Source of the DNA: Bacteroidales bacterium
Lineage (GTDB): Bacteria > Bacteroidota > Bacteroidia > Bacteroidales > CAIWKO01
Assembly (NCBI GenBank): GCA_023228145.1
Contig: JALOBU010000001.1
Coordinates: 9,463-73,462, forward strand
Direction: 5' to 3'
Length of the DNA stretch: 64,000 nt
Both the position numbers and the translations under genes were made by a program. The notes below the pieces were generated by a model that was not told the origin of the DNA, ran no database searches, and saw only the letters and a program-made list of their open reading frames with translations. Shown piece by piece: positions 46,722 to 54,520 of this stretch; the first letter of the stretch is position 1, and each line of letters opens with the position of its first letter.

Positions 46722-47579
46722 ATGAAAGGAATAATTCTGGCAGGCGGCTCCGGGACTCGCTTATATCCACTTACCATTGCCATGAGTAAGCAGATGATGC
46801 CGATATACGACAAACCCATGATTTATTACCCATTGTCGGTGCTGATGATGGCAGGTATTTCAGAGATTCTTATTATTTCCACCCCGTACGACCTTCCGAA
46901 TTTTGAAAAGTTGTTAGGAGACGGACGTGAATTGGGATGCAATTTTACTTATGCGGTTCAGGAAGTCCCGAACGGGCTGGCACAGGCATTTATCATCGGC
47001 GAAGAATTTATCGGGAAAGAAAAGGTTGCCATGATACTGGGTGATAATATTTTTTACGGTGCAGGCTTGCAGAAGTTATTACAGGAGAACAACAACCCCG
47101 AAGGAGGTGTTGTGTTTGCCTATCATGTTACCGATCCTCAACGTTACGGTGTCGTGGAATTTGATAAAAAACTCAAAGCCATTTCCATAGAGGAAAAACC
47201 TAAAAACCCCAAATCAAACTTTGCCGTTCCGGGATTATATTTTTATGATAACCATGTTATCGAAATTGCAAAAAAAATAAAACCCAGCAAGAGGGGGGAA
47301 TATGAGATAACCGATATTAATAAATATTATCTTGAACAAAACAATCTTAAAGTTGCCATATTAACTAGGGGTACTGCCTGGCTTGATACCGGTACTTTTG
47401 CTTCATTACTGCAGGCTTCACAATTTGTTCAGGTTATTGAAGACAGGCAGGGGCTGAAGATAGGGTGTATAGAAGAAGTGGCATATCGTTTGGGGTTTAT
47501 CAATGTTTCACAACTCAAGGTTTTGGCTGAGAAATATATCAAATCGGGTTATGGCGAATACCTAATGTCTATAATATAA
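46722..47579 (+). CDS. rfbA: glucose-1-phosphate thymidylyltransferase
   Basis: [18 protein letters not shown]...[16 protein letters not shown]...GLAQAF...WLDTGT. Confidence 0.92.
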   Translation: MKGIILAGGSGTRLYPLTIAMSKQMMPIYDKPMIYYPLSVLMMAGISEILIISTPYDLPNFEKLLGDGRELGCNFTYAVQEVPNGLAQAFIIGEEFIGKEKVAMILGDNIFYGAGLQKLLQENNNPEGGVVFAYHVTDPQRYGVVEFDKKLKAISIEEKPKNPKSNFAVPGLYFYDNHVIEIAKKIKPSKRGEYEITDINKYYLEQNNLKVAILTRGTAWLDTGTFASLLQASQFVQVIEDRQGLKIGCIEEVAYRLGFINVSQLKVLAEKYIKSGYGEYLMSII

Positions 47580-47586
47580 TTCAGAT

Positions 47587-48534
47587 ATGAGAACAATATT
47601 AATTACTGGCGGTGCAGGATTTATAGGAAGCTGCCTAGCGGAAAAGCTTATCGGTGATCCCGAAAATTACGTAGTGCTGATTGACAACCTATCCACAGGC
47701 GAGTTGTCCAAACTGCCAAAGATGCCTCAGAAAAACTGGCGTTTCATCAAATGCGATGTTAATGACTATGAAGACATTTCCGCAGTGATGCTTGCTTTTC
47801 CTTTTGAATATATTTTTCATTATGCTGCTGTCGTAGGTGTGCAACGCACTCAGCTGAACCCAGTAAATGTCCTTAACGACATCAAGGGTATTCATCATAT
47901 CCTGACTTTAAGCAAAAATACCTCTGTGAAACGTGTTTATTTTTCGTCTTCATCCGAAGTATATGGCGAACCTGTTGACCTACCGCAGAATGAATATACA
48001 ACTCCGCTTAATTCACGTGTGCCTTATGCTGTTGTTAAAAATGTCGGAGAAGCATATCTGAAATCCTATAAAAAAGAATTCGGGCTTGATTACACTATTT
48101 TCCGCTTCTTTAATACTTACGGACCCAAACAAAGCAAGGATTTTGTCATGTCGCGCTTTATTGGCCTGGCGTTAAAAAATCAAAATATTTCCATTTACGG
48201 CGATGGCAGTCAATCGCGCACCTTCTGTTATATTGACGATAACGTTGAGGCCTGTTACAACAGCTATATGAATACTGTACTTAAAAATAACAACTCCAAC
48301 GAAATAATCAATATCGGAAACGATATAGAAATTTCGATATTAGACCTTGCAAATAGAATTATTGCAATGACAAATTCGTCTTCCAAAATAATTTATAAAC
48401 CACCTCTTGAAGAAGGCGACATGAACAGAAGGCTACCTGATATTACAAAAATGAAAAAACTCCTGGGCAGGCCTTTGTTGTCTATAGAGGAGGGTATTAG
48501 AAAAATTATTAAGATGCCTGAACTCCTGAAATAA
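47587..48534 (+). CDS. NAD-dependent epimerase/dehydratase (extended SDR, UDP-sugar decarboxylase/epimerase-like)
   Basis: ITGGAGFIGS Rossmann motif, SSSEVYG and YAVVK (YxxxK). Confidence 0.8.
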   Translation: MRTILITGGAGFIGSCLAEKLIGDPENYVVLIDNLSTGELSKLPKMPQKNWRFIKCDVNDYEDISAVMLAFPFEYIFHYAAVVGVQRTQLNPVNVLNDIKGIHHILTLSKNTSVKRVYFSSSSEVYGEPVDLPQNEYTTPLNSRVPYAVVKNVGEAYLKSYKKEFGLDYTIFRFFNTYGPKQSKDFVMSRFIGLALKNQNISIYGDGSQSRTFCYIDDNVEACYNSYMNTVLKNNNSNEIINIGNDIEISILDLANRIIAMTNSSSKIIYKPPLEEGDMNRRLPDITKMKKLLGRPLLSIEEGIRKIIKMPELLK

Positions 48535-48537
48535 AGC

Positions 48538-49101
48538 CTATACCGTCATAATATCTTTTTCTTTCTGAGCCAATAGTTTATCAATTCTATCAATAAAATT
48601 GTCCGTTAATTCCTGGATTTTACTTTCTGCTTTTTTTACAGCATCTTCAGGCACACCTTCTTTTTCCAGTTTTTTCAGTGATTCGTTTGAAGTACGGCGT
48701 ATGTTTCGGATGGCTACTTTTGCATTTTCGCCTTCAGCTTTGGCTTTTTTTGCAAGTTCTTTACGCCGTTCTTCTGTCAGCGGAGGAACAATAATTCGTA
48801 GTATTTCCCCGTCGTTTTTTGGATTGAATCCCAAGTTGGCAGCCATAATAGCTTTTTCAATCACCGGCAGCATATTTTTGTCCCAGGGTTGTACAATGAT
48901 TTGTTTCGGGTCGGGGGTGTTGATGTTTGAAACCTGTTCCAGGGGTGTCATCACGCCATAATAATCAATTTTGATACAGTCGAGCATTTGTGCACTTGAT
49001 TTTCCGGTGCGTATTTTTTGTAGTTCCCGCTCCAGATGAGTTATTGCAATCTGCATACTTTCGGCAGTTTCTTCAAGAACAAAATCTAATTCCTCTGACA
49101 T
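48538..49101 (-). CDS. frr: ribosome recycling factor
   Basis: 187 aa. ...IRTGKSSAQMLD...VQPWD...PPLTEERRKELAK...IRNIRR. Confidence 0.92.
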   Translation of the reverse strand: MSEELDFVLEETAESMQIAITHLERELQKIRTGKSSAQMLDCIKIDYYGVMTPLEQVSNINTPDPKQIIVQPWDKNMLPVIEKAIMAANLGFNPKNDGEILRIIVPPLTEERRKELAKKAKAEGENAKVAIRNIRRTSNESLKKLEKEGVPEDAVKKAESKIQELTDNFIDRIDKLLAQKEKDIMTV

Positions 49102-49126
49102 GGTATAAATATTTTTGATTGATTAC

Positions 49127-49837
49127 TTATTTTTTTGTAACATAGGTGCCCACAGTTTTACCTTGAATAATTTTCAGCAAGTTATCTTTCACATTCATAT
49201 TAAAAACCACCAGGGGCATATTGTTATCTCTGCAGAGAGCAAAAGCAGTCATGTCCATCACTTCAAGGTTTTTTTCCAGGGCTTCATCAAAGCTGAGTTG
49301 TTTGTATTGTTTGGCCAAAGGATTTTTCTCAGGGTCTGAATCATAGATTCCGTTTACCCTGGTGCCTTTAAGTATCACATCGGCATTGATTTCGAGTGCG
49401 CGGAGCACTGCAGCCGTGTCTGTAGTGAAAAAAGGGTTTCCTGTGCCTCCTGCAATAATCACCACTTCTCCTTTTTCCAGATGTTTACAAATTCTGCTGC
49501 TACTGGTAAGTTCACATACAGGATTTATTTGAAGCCCGGAAAGCAGTTTGCATTTTATTCCTGCATTTTCAAAGGCCGACTGAAGCGCCAAACCGTTTAT
49601 GACAGTAGCAAGCATGCCCATATAATCGCCATGCACGCGGCTGATGTTCATATTATTGCCTTTCAGTCCCCTGAAGATATTTCCTCCCCCGATAACAACA
49701 GCTATCTGGACTTGTTTTTCTAGCGCTTTACGGATTTCTTCCATAAAAAAAACTATACTTGATGCACTCAACCCATAGGATTTCTCTCCCGTCAATGCTT
49801 CGCCGCTTAATTTCAATAATATTCTTTTATATTTCAT
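49127..49837 (-). CDS. pyrH: UMP kinase
   Basis: KYKRILLKLSGEAL, VVIGGGNIFRG, IIAGGTGNPFFTTDTAA. Confidence 0.93.
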   Translation of the reverse strand: MKYKRILLKLSGEALTGEKSYGLSASSIVFFMEEIRKALEKQVQIAVVIGGGNIFRGLKGNNMNISRVHGDYMGMLATVINGLALQSAFENAGIKCKLLSGLQINPVCELTSSSRICKHLEKGEVVIIAGGTGNPFFTTDTAAVLRALEINADVILKGTRVNGIYDSDPEKNPLAKQYKQLSFDEALEKNLEVMDMTAFALCRDNNMPLVVFNMNVKDNLLKIIQGKTVGTYVTKK

Positions 49838-49857
49838 GGCATAAAATTCTGTTGATG

Positions 49858-49865
49858 CAAAAATA
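49858..49865 (-). promoter_or_regulatory. candidate -7 box (TATTTTTG on the minus strand)
   Basis: Plus-strand CAAAAATA, 21 nt upstream of the pyrH ATG 49837, directly after the tsf terminator. Confidence 0.35.
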
Positions 49866-49896
49866 AAAAAAAAGAGAGAACTACAGCCCTCTCTTT
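49865..49896 (-). terminator. rho-independent terminator after tsf
   Basis: The minus strand reads AAAGAGAG-GGCTGTAGTT-CTCTCTTT followed by a T-run (8-bp stem, 10-nt loop). Confidence 0.55.
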
Positions 49897-49919
49897 AATA
49901 ATTGGTGATAAGTTTAAGA

Positions 49920-50753
49920 TTATCTTACCGACACTCTTTTGAAGTCCACTATTTTCAGTTCTTTGTCATGATCCGACAAATATTGGCTGACGGTTTTTTT
50001 ATTGTCTTTAATAAATTCCTGATTTAAAAGGGTGTTTTCTTTAAAAAATTTATTGAGTTTCCCCATGGCAATTTTTTCGAGCATGTCTTCGGGTTTGCCT
50101 TCCTGGCGAGCCTGTTCTTTTCCTATTTCCATTTCATGCTCAATAATCTCAGGAGCTACATTGTCTTTGTCAAGTGCAATGGGATTCATGGCGGCGATTT
50201 GCATCACGACATCTTTTCCCAGTATGTCAATTTCGTTAACATTGTTTTTATTGAATCCGACAATAGCCGAAAGTTTATCTCCGTTATGATTATATATGGA
50301 TACTTTAGGGGCATTAACAAACTGGTAGTCGCCGAGCTCTATTTTTTCACCTGTTTTTCCCATGTAATCGCTGATGTGCTCTGCCACGGTGCGATTGTTG
50401 AAACTCAAGGCTTTTAATTCTTCGATAGTGTTGGGTTTCTTGTCCAGCGCCACTTCTGAAATAGCTTTGGCTATATCGGTGAACTCCTGGTTTTTTGCCA
50501 CAAAATCCGTTTCGCAATTCAGCATCACAACGATACCGAAATTCTGCGAATCGGAAGTTTTTGCAATGACGATGCCTTCGTTAGTTTCACGGTCTGAGCG
50601 TTTGTTGGCAACTTTTTGTCCTTTCTTGCGAAGATAGTCAATGGCTTTTTCAAAATCTCCATCAGTTTCTACGAGAGCGTTTTTACAGTCCATCATACCT
50701 GCGCCGGTTGCTTTTCTCAATTTATTGACATCGGCTGCTGTTATATTTGCCAT
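49920..50753 (-). CDS. tsf: translation elongation factor Ts
   Basis: ITAADVNKLRKATGAGMMDCKNAL (UBA-like N-terminus) and the dimerisation core. 277 aa. Confidence 0.93.
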   Translation of the reverse strand: MANITAADVNKLRKATGAGMMDCKNALVETDGDFEKAIDYLRKKGQKVANKRSDRETNEGIVIAKTSDSQNFGIVVMLNCETDFVAKNQEFTDIAKAISEVALDKKPNTIEELKALSFNNRTVAEHISDYMGKTGEKIELGDYQFVNAPKVSIYNHNGDKLSAIVGFNKNNVNEIDILGKDVVMQIAAMNPIALDKDNVAPEIIEHEMEIGKEQARQEGKPEDMLEKIAMGKLNKFFKENTLLNQEFIKDNKKTVSQYLSDHDKELKIVDFKRVSVR

Positions 50754-50776
50754 AGTAATGTTGGTTTTTAGGTTAA

Positions 50777-51724
50777 TTATTTTTTTGAGATGTTTTTCTT
50801 TCCCGGTGCCGGTTTTTTAACATTTTTATCCATAGGTTTCCGGACTTTCTTAATATCATTGCCGGCCTCTTTGTCTTCAGTTTCTGGAGCTTTAGTCCCA
50901 ATGTCTTTTTTTAAAGCAGCTTTCTTAAGTTTTTTAGCTTCTTCTTCTTCTTCCTGTTCTTCAATGGTTTTCAGGCTGGCTTTTTCGATGATGATTTCAT
51001 CCGTTTCTTCTTCCTCTTCCTGTTTGTCTTTGGTAACCTTACGTTCGGCAATCCCTTCTTCAATAGCGGAAATCATCATAGAAAGAATGAGTGTGATGGA
51101 TTTGGAAGCATCGTCATTCGCTGGTATAGGATAATCCACCTCGTTGGGGTTAGAATTAGTATCCACAATGGCAAAAGTTGGGATGTTCAATTTTTTTGCT
51201 TCATTAACAGCTATTTTTTCTTTCAGAATGTCAACAATGAAGATGGCAGATGGAAGTCGTGTCAGGTCGGCGATGCTGCCTAAGTTTTTTTCAAGTTTAG
51301 CACGTTCGCGGATGATTTGCAGGCGTTCACGCTTTGAAATTTTTACAAAGGTATTGTCGTTTTTCATTTTGTCGATGGAAGCCATTTTCCTTACGGCTTT
51401 GCGGATGGTGGCAAAATTTGTGAGCATACCCCCCGGCCAGCGTTCGGTAACATATGGCATTCCAACTCTTTTTACTAGCTCGGCAACGATTTCTTTAGCC
51501 TGTTTTTTAGTGGCGACAAATAAAATCTTTTTTCCTGACTTTGCAATTTGATTTAAAGCAGCTGCAGCTTCTTCCGCTTTGGCGATGGTTTTGTAAAGGT
51601 CAATGATGTGGATGCCGTTGCGCTCCATAAAAATATAAGGAGCCATGGCCGGATTCCACTTTCTTTTCAGATGGCCAAAGTGTACTCCGGCATCCAGAAG
51701 TTCTTCAAATGATAATTTATTCAT
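50777..51724 (-). CDS. rpsB: 30S ribosomal protein S2 with about 89-aa charged C-terminal extension
   Basis: LLDAGVHFGH..., GMLTNF, VDTNSNP. The core is followed by an E- and K-rich tail. Confidence 0.93.
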   Translation of the reverse strand: MNKLSFEELLDAGVHFGHLKRKWNPAMAPYIFMERNGIHIIDLYKTIAKAEEAAAALNQIAKSGKKILFVATKKQAKEIVAELVKRVGMPYVTERWPGGMLTNFATIRKAVRKMASIDKMKNDNTFVKISKRERLQIIRERAKLEKNLGSIADLTRLPSAIFIVDILKEKIAVNEAKKLNIPTFAIVDTNSNPNEVDYPIPANDDASKSITLILSMMISAIEEGIAERKVTKDKQEEEEETDEIIIEKASLKTIEEQEEEEEAKKLKKAALKKDIGTKAPETEDKEAGNDIKKVRKPMDKNVKKPAPGKKNISKK

Positions 51725-51841
51725 AATGTAGATTTTTGAGGTTGTTTACTTTCTTTTTTACTTTTTTAAAGTCAATTGCCCGGTAGCATCACAAATGGAT
51801 AGTCCTGGCAATTTAGATACTAAACATAGGACCAGACAAGC

Positions 51842-52228
51842 CTAACGTTTGCTGAACTGGAATCTTTTTCTTGCTTTTTTCTGTCCGGGTTTTTTGCGTT
51901 CAACCATTCTGGGGTCTCTGCGAAGCAAGAGTTTGGGTTTTAATATAGTGCGGTTTTCTTCATTTAATTTGCATAAGCCTCTGGAAATGGCCAGCGACAA
52001 TGCTTCTGCCTGCCCTTTCGTCCCTCCTCCGGAAATGGTAACCTGCAGATCGTATTTGTCGGATGTGCTTGTAAGGTCAAGAGGTTGTTTAACAACATAT
52101 TGTAAGGTAGGTGTTGGAAAGTATTCTTTGAAATCTTTTTTGTTAACGAGTATATTTCCACTTCCTTCTTTGAAAAATACACGCGCAACGGCTGTTTTTC
52201 TTCTTCCTATGGTGTGAATTACTTCCAT
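51842..52228 (-). CDS. rpsI: 30S ribosomal protein S9
   Basis: GRRKTAVARV..., GGGTKGQAEA, and C-terminal KKARKRFQFSKR. Confidence 0.93.
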   Translation of the reverse strand: MEVIHTIGRRKTAVARVFFKEGSGNILVNKKDFKEYFPTPTLQYVVKQPLDLTSTSDKYDLQVTISGGGTKGQAEALSLAISRGLCKLNEENRTILKPKLLLRRDPRMVERKKPGQKKARKRFQFSKR

Positions 52229-52230
52229 AA

Positions 52231-52689
52231 TTATTTAATAATAGTGTTTATATTAACTTTGTTTGGGTTCTGGCCTTGATGGGGATGTTCCTGCCCGGCA
52301 TAAACAAAAAGATGCCTGAACATTTCACTGCCCAGCTTGGTTTTTGGCAGCATTCCTTTTATGGCAAGTTCCAGAATTTTTTCAGGTTTTTTTGCCAGAT
52401 ATTGCTCCGGAGTTGTAAGACGCTGTCCACCGGGGTAGCCTGTATGCCTAACATATTCTTTTTCAGTAAGCTTGCTTCCGGTAAGCTTTATTTTTTCAGC
52501 ATTTATAATTATTACATTATCGCCGCAGTTAAGGTTGGGAGTATAATAAGGCTTATGTTTACCCCTTAAAATGAAGGCAACTTTACTTGCAAAGCGCCCT
52601 AAAACCTCGTTTTCTGCATCAACCATCAGCCAATCTTTAACAATGATATCTTTATTGGCTGAGCGTGTTTTATAACTTGTTGTATCCAT
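52231..52689 (-). CDS. rplM: 50S ribosomal protein L13
   Basis: MDTTSYKTRSANK...WLMVDAENEVLGRFAS...LRGKHKP...GYPGG. The start is taken at the third Met of the listed ORF. Confidence 0.9.
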   Translation of the reverse strand: MDTTSYKTRSANKDIIVKDWLMVDAENEVLGRFASKVAFILRGKHKPYYTPNLNCGDNVIIINAEKIKLTGSKLTEKEYVRHTGYPGGQRLTTPEQYLAKKPEKILELAIKGMLPKTKLGSEMFRHLFVYAGQEHPHQGQNPNKVNINTIIK

Positions 52690-52740
52690 CATTACATTGA
52701 TTTTCAGTGTCAATAAGCGTTTTTAAACAAAATCGGGGTG

Positions 52741-52748
52741 CAAATGTA
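52741..52748 (-). promoter_or_regulatory. candidate -7 box (TACATTTG on the minus strand) for rplM-rpsI-rpsB-tsf
   Basis: Plus-strand CAAATGTA, 52 nt upstream of ATG 52689. Confidence 0.45.
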
Positions 52749-52860
52749 CGTTTTTTTTTTCAATTAGCAAATTTACTGACATTTTTATGTTAATAATTTT
52801 TCTACGTCTTTAATTTAATGGCATAAAAAAATAAAAATCCCGTATTTATGTATTTATTTT

Positions 52861-52868
52861 TACATTTG
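52861..52868 (+). promoter_or_regulatory. candidate -7 box (TACATTTG)
   Basis: 36 nt upstream of ATG 52904 of the first FKBP gene. Confidence 0.45.
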
Positions 52869-52903
52869 CAAAAAATTTCATGTTTCATTTAAAAACAATT
52901 ATT

Positions 52904-53632
52904 ATGAAAAAGGTTTTATTATCAGCTGTTTCCATTATTGTTGTTATGTTTTTTATGGTTTCATGCAACTCAGGCGGCAAAGTGAGCCTGAAAACCCAGG
53001 ACGATTCGGTGGCTTATGTTATCGGTGCTAATATTGGAGAAAACCTAAAAAGAAACATCACAAACGATTCATTAAATTTCAGCACGGAAGCATTGGTTCA
53101 GGGGTTTAAAGATGCGCTTGAAGGTATTGACAGCAATATATTTACGAAAGAAGACAAACAAAATATTATGATGAATTTCCAGAAGCAACTTCAGGAAAAA
53201 CAGAACGAAAAAGCCATGAAAGCTGCCGAGCCTAATAAAATTGCAGGCGCTAATTTCCTTCAGGAAAACAAAAAGCAACCCGGTATCATCGAAACCAGCA
53301 GCGGCCTTCAATACAAAGTGGTGAAAGCAGGAACAGGTAAAACCCCGAAAGCTACCGATAACGTTACTGTTAATTATGAAGGGAAACTGATTAGCGGAGA
53401 AATATTTGATTCTTCTTATGACCGCAACAAGCCCGAGACTTTCAATGTGTCTCAGGTCATCAGAGGCTGGACCGAAGGTCTGATGCTGATGAAAGAAGGC
53501 GGCTCTTATGAGTTGTTTATCCCTTCTGATCTTGCTTACGGCGACCAGGGCAATGCCAAAATACCCGGAGGCTCAGCATTAATTTTTAAAGTGGAACTGT
53601 TAAAAGTGGAAGAAGAAGCTGCAACTAAATAA
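52904..53632 (+). CDS. FKBP-type peptidyl-prolyl cis-trans isomerase (FkpA/Mip-like, lipoprotein)
   Basis: Signal peptide with FMVSC lipobox. N-terminal dimerisation-like helix region. FKBP domain GLQYKVVKAGTG...VTVNYEGKLISGEIFDSSY...IRGWTEGL...IPGGSALIFKVELL. Confidence 0.88.
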   Translation: MKKVLLSAVSIIVVMFFMVSCNSGGKVSLKTQDDSVAYVIGANIGENLKRNITNDSLNFSTEALVQGFKDALEGIDSNIFTKEDKQNIMMNFQKQLQEKQNEKAMKAAEPNKIAGANFLQENKKQPGIIETSSGLQYKVVKAGTGKTPKATDNVTVNYEGKLISGEIFDSSYDRNKPETFNVSQVIRGWTEGLMLMKEGGSYELFIPSDLAYGDQGNAKIPGGSALIFKVELLKVEEEAATK

Positions 53633-53689
53633 TTTCATATTTCATCTGCATAACAAGGCTAAGATTTCTAACAAGTTTAAAATATTTAT

Positions 53690-53720
53690 AAGCCGTTACA
53701 ACAAAGTAACGGCTTTTTTT
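53690..53720 (+). terminator. rho-independent terminator after the first FKBP gene
   Basis: Perfect 10-bp stem AAGCCGTTAC / GTAACGGCTT, a 6-nt loop, then a run of T residues. Confidence 0.85.
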
Positions 53721-53727
53721 ATTTTAA

Positions 53728-53761
53728 TAATTTTGAAGATTGACAGATAATTTTAATTTTG
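53728..53761 (+). promoter_or_regulatory. two candidate -7 boxes (TAATTTTG at 53728-53735 and 53754-53761)
   Basis: Both match TAnnTTTG, 42 and 16 nt upstream of ATG 53777. Confidence 0.35.
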
Positions 53762-53776
53762 CAAAAAAAACATTTT

Positions 53777-54493
53777 ATGAAAAAAGCCTTAAAATTAATT
53801 TTCATTTTTTCTTTCTCAGCATTAATAACAGTTTCATGCAAAACCACAAAAAACACTCACACTCAGGCCGTGGTTCTTAAAACCTTTAATGACACAATTA
53901 GCTATATTATTGGTGCAGATGTGGGAGGAAACCTGAAAAAAAGCGAAGTGGAAATAAACAACGACATTTTCTTCCATGCATTTAATCAGGGGTATAATCA
54001 ACACGACACATTATTATCTAAGGAAGTTCGTTCACAAATTATGAATAAATTTCAAAGAGAGCATAGTTTAAAACAGCAATCCAGAAACCTTGCCGAAGCT
54101 CAGAAAAACAAATTATCAGCTCAGGCCTTCCTTGAAGAGAATAAAAAGAAACCCGACATCGTGGAGCTGCCCAGCGGATTACAATATAAGATTATTAAAC
54201 AGGGCGATGGTTCCAAACCCGGTCCTGAAGATGAAGTTACTGTTCATTACGAAGGCAGGCTGCTCGATGGAACTATATTCGATTCCTCATACGAACGTGG
54301 CGAGCCGATATCTTTCAGCCTCAACGGCGTGATTAAAGGATGGACAGAAGGATTGCAACTGATGAATACCGGCTCCACTTATGAATTGTTTATCCCCTCC
54401 GAACTGGCATACGGCGAAAGGGGAGTAGGACAGATACCCGGCGGAGCCATGCTGATATTCAAAGTGGAATTAATATCAATAAATAATAAATAA
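53777..54493 (+). CDS. FKBP-type peptidyl-prolyl cis-trans isomerase, second tandem paralog (lipoprotein)
   Basis: Signal peptide with TVSC lipobox. FKBP domain GLQYKIIKQGDG...VTVHYEGRLLDGTIFDSSY...IKGWTEGL...IPGGAMLIFKVELI. Confidence 0.88.
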   Translation: MKKALKLIFIFSFSALITVSCKTTKNTHTQAVVLKTFNDTISYIIGADVGGNLKKSEVEINNDIFFHAFNQGYNQHDTLLSKEVRSQIMNKFQREHSLKQQSRNLAEAQKNKLSAQAFLEENKKKPDIVELPSGLQYKIIKQGDGSKPGPEDEVTVHYEGRLLDGTIFDSSYERGEPISFSLNGVIKGWTEGLQLMNTGSTYELFIPSELAYGERGVGQIPGGAMLIFKVELISINNK

Positions 54494-54520
54494 CCCTTTA
54501 TCAAACAAAAAGCATGAATT

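Noticed and set aside
50790-51551. Two plus-strand ORFs (114 and 135 aa) opposite rpsB
   Set aside because: They are Ser-rich antisense artefacts of the GAA/AAG-rich S2 gene.
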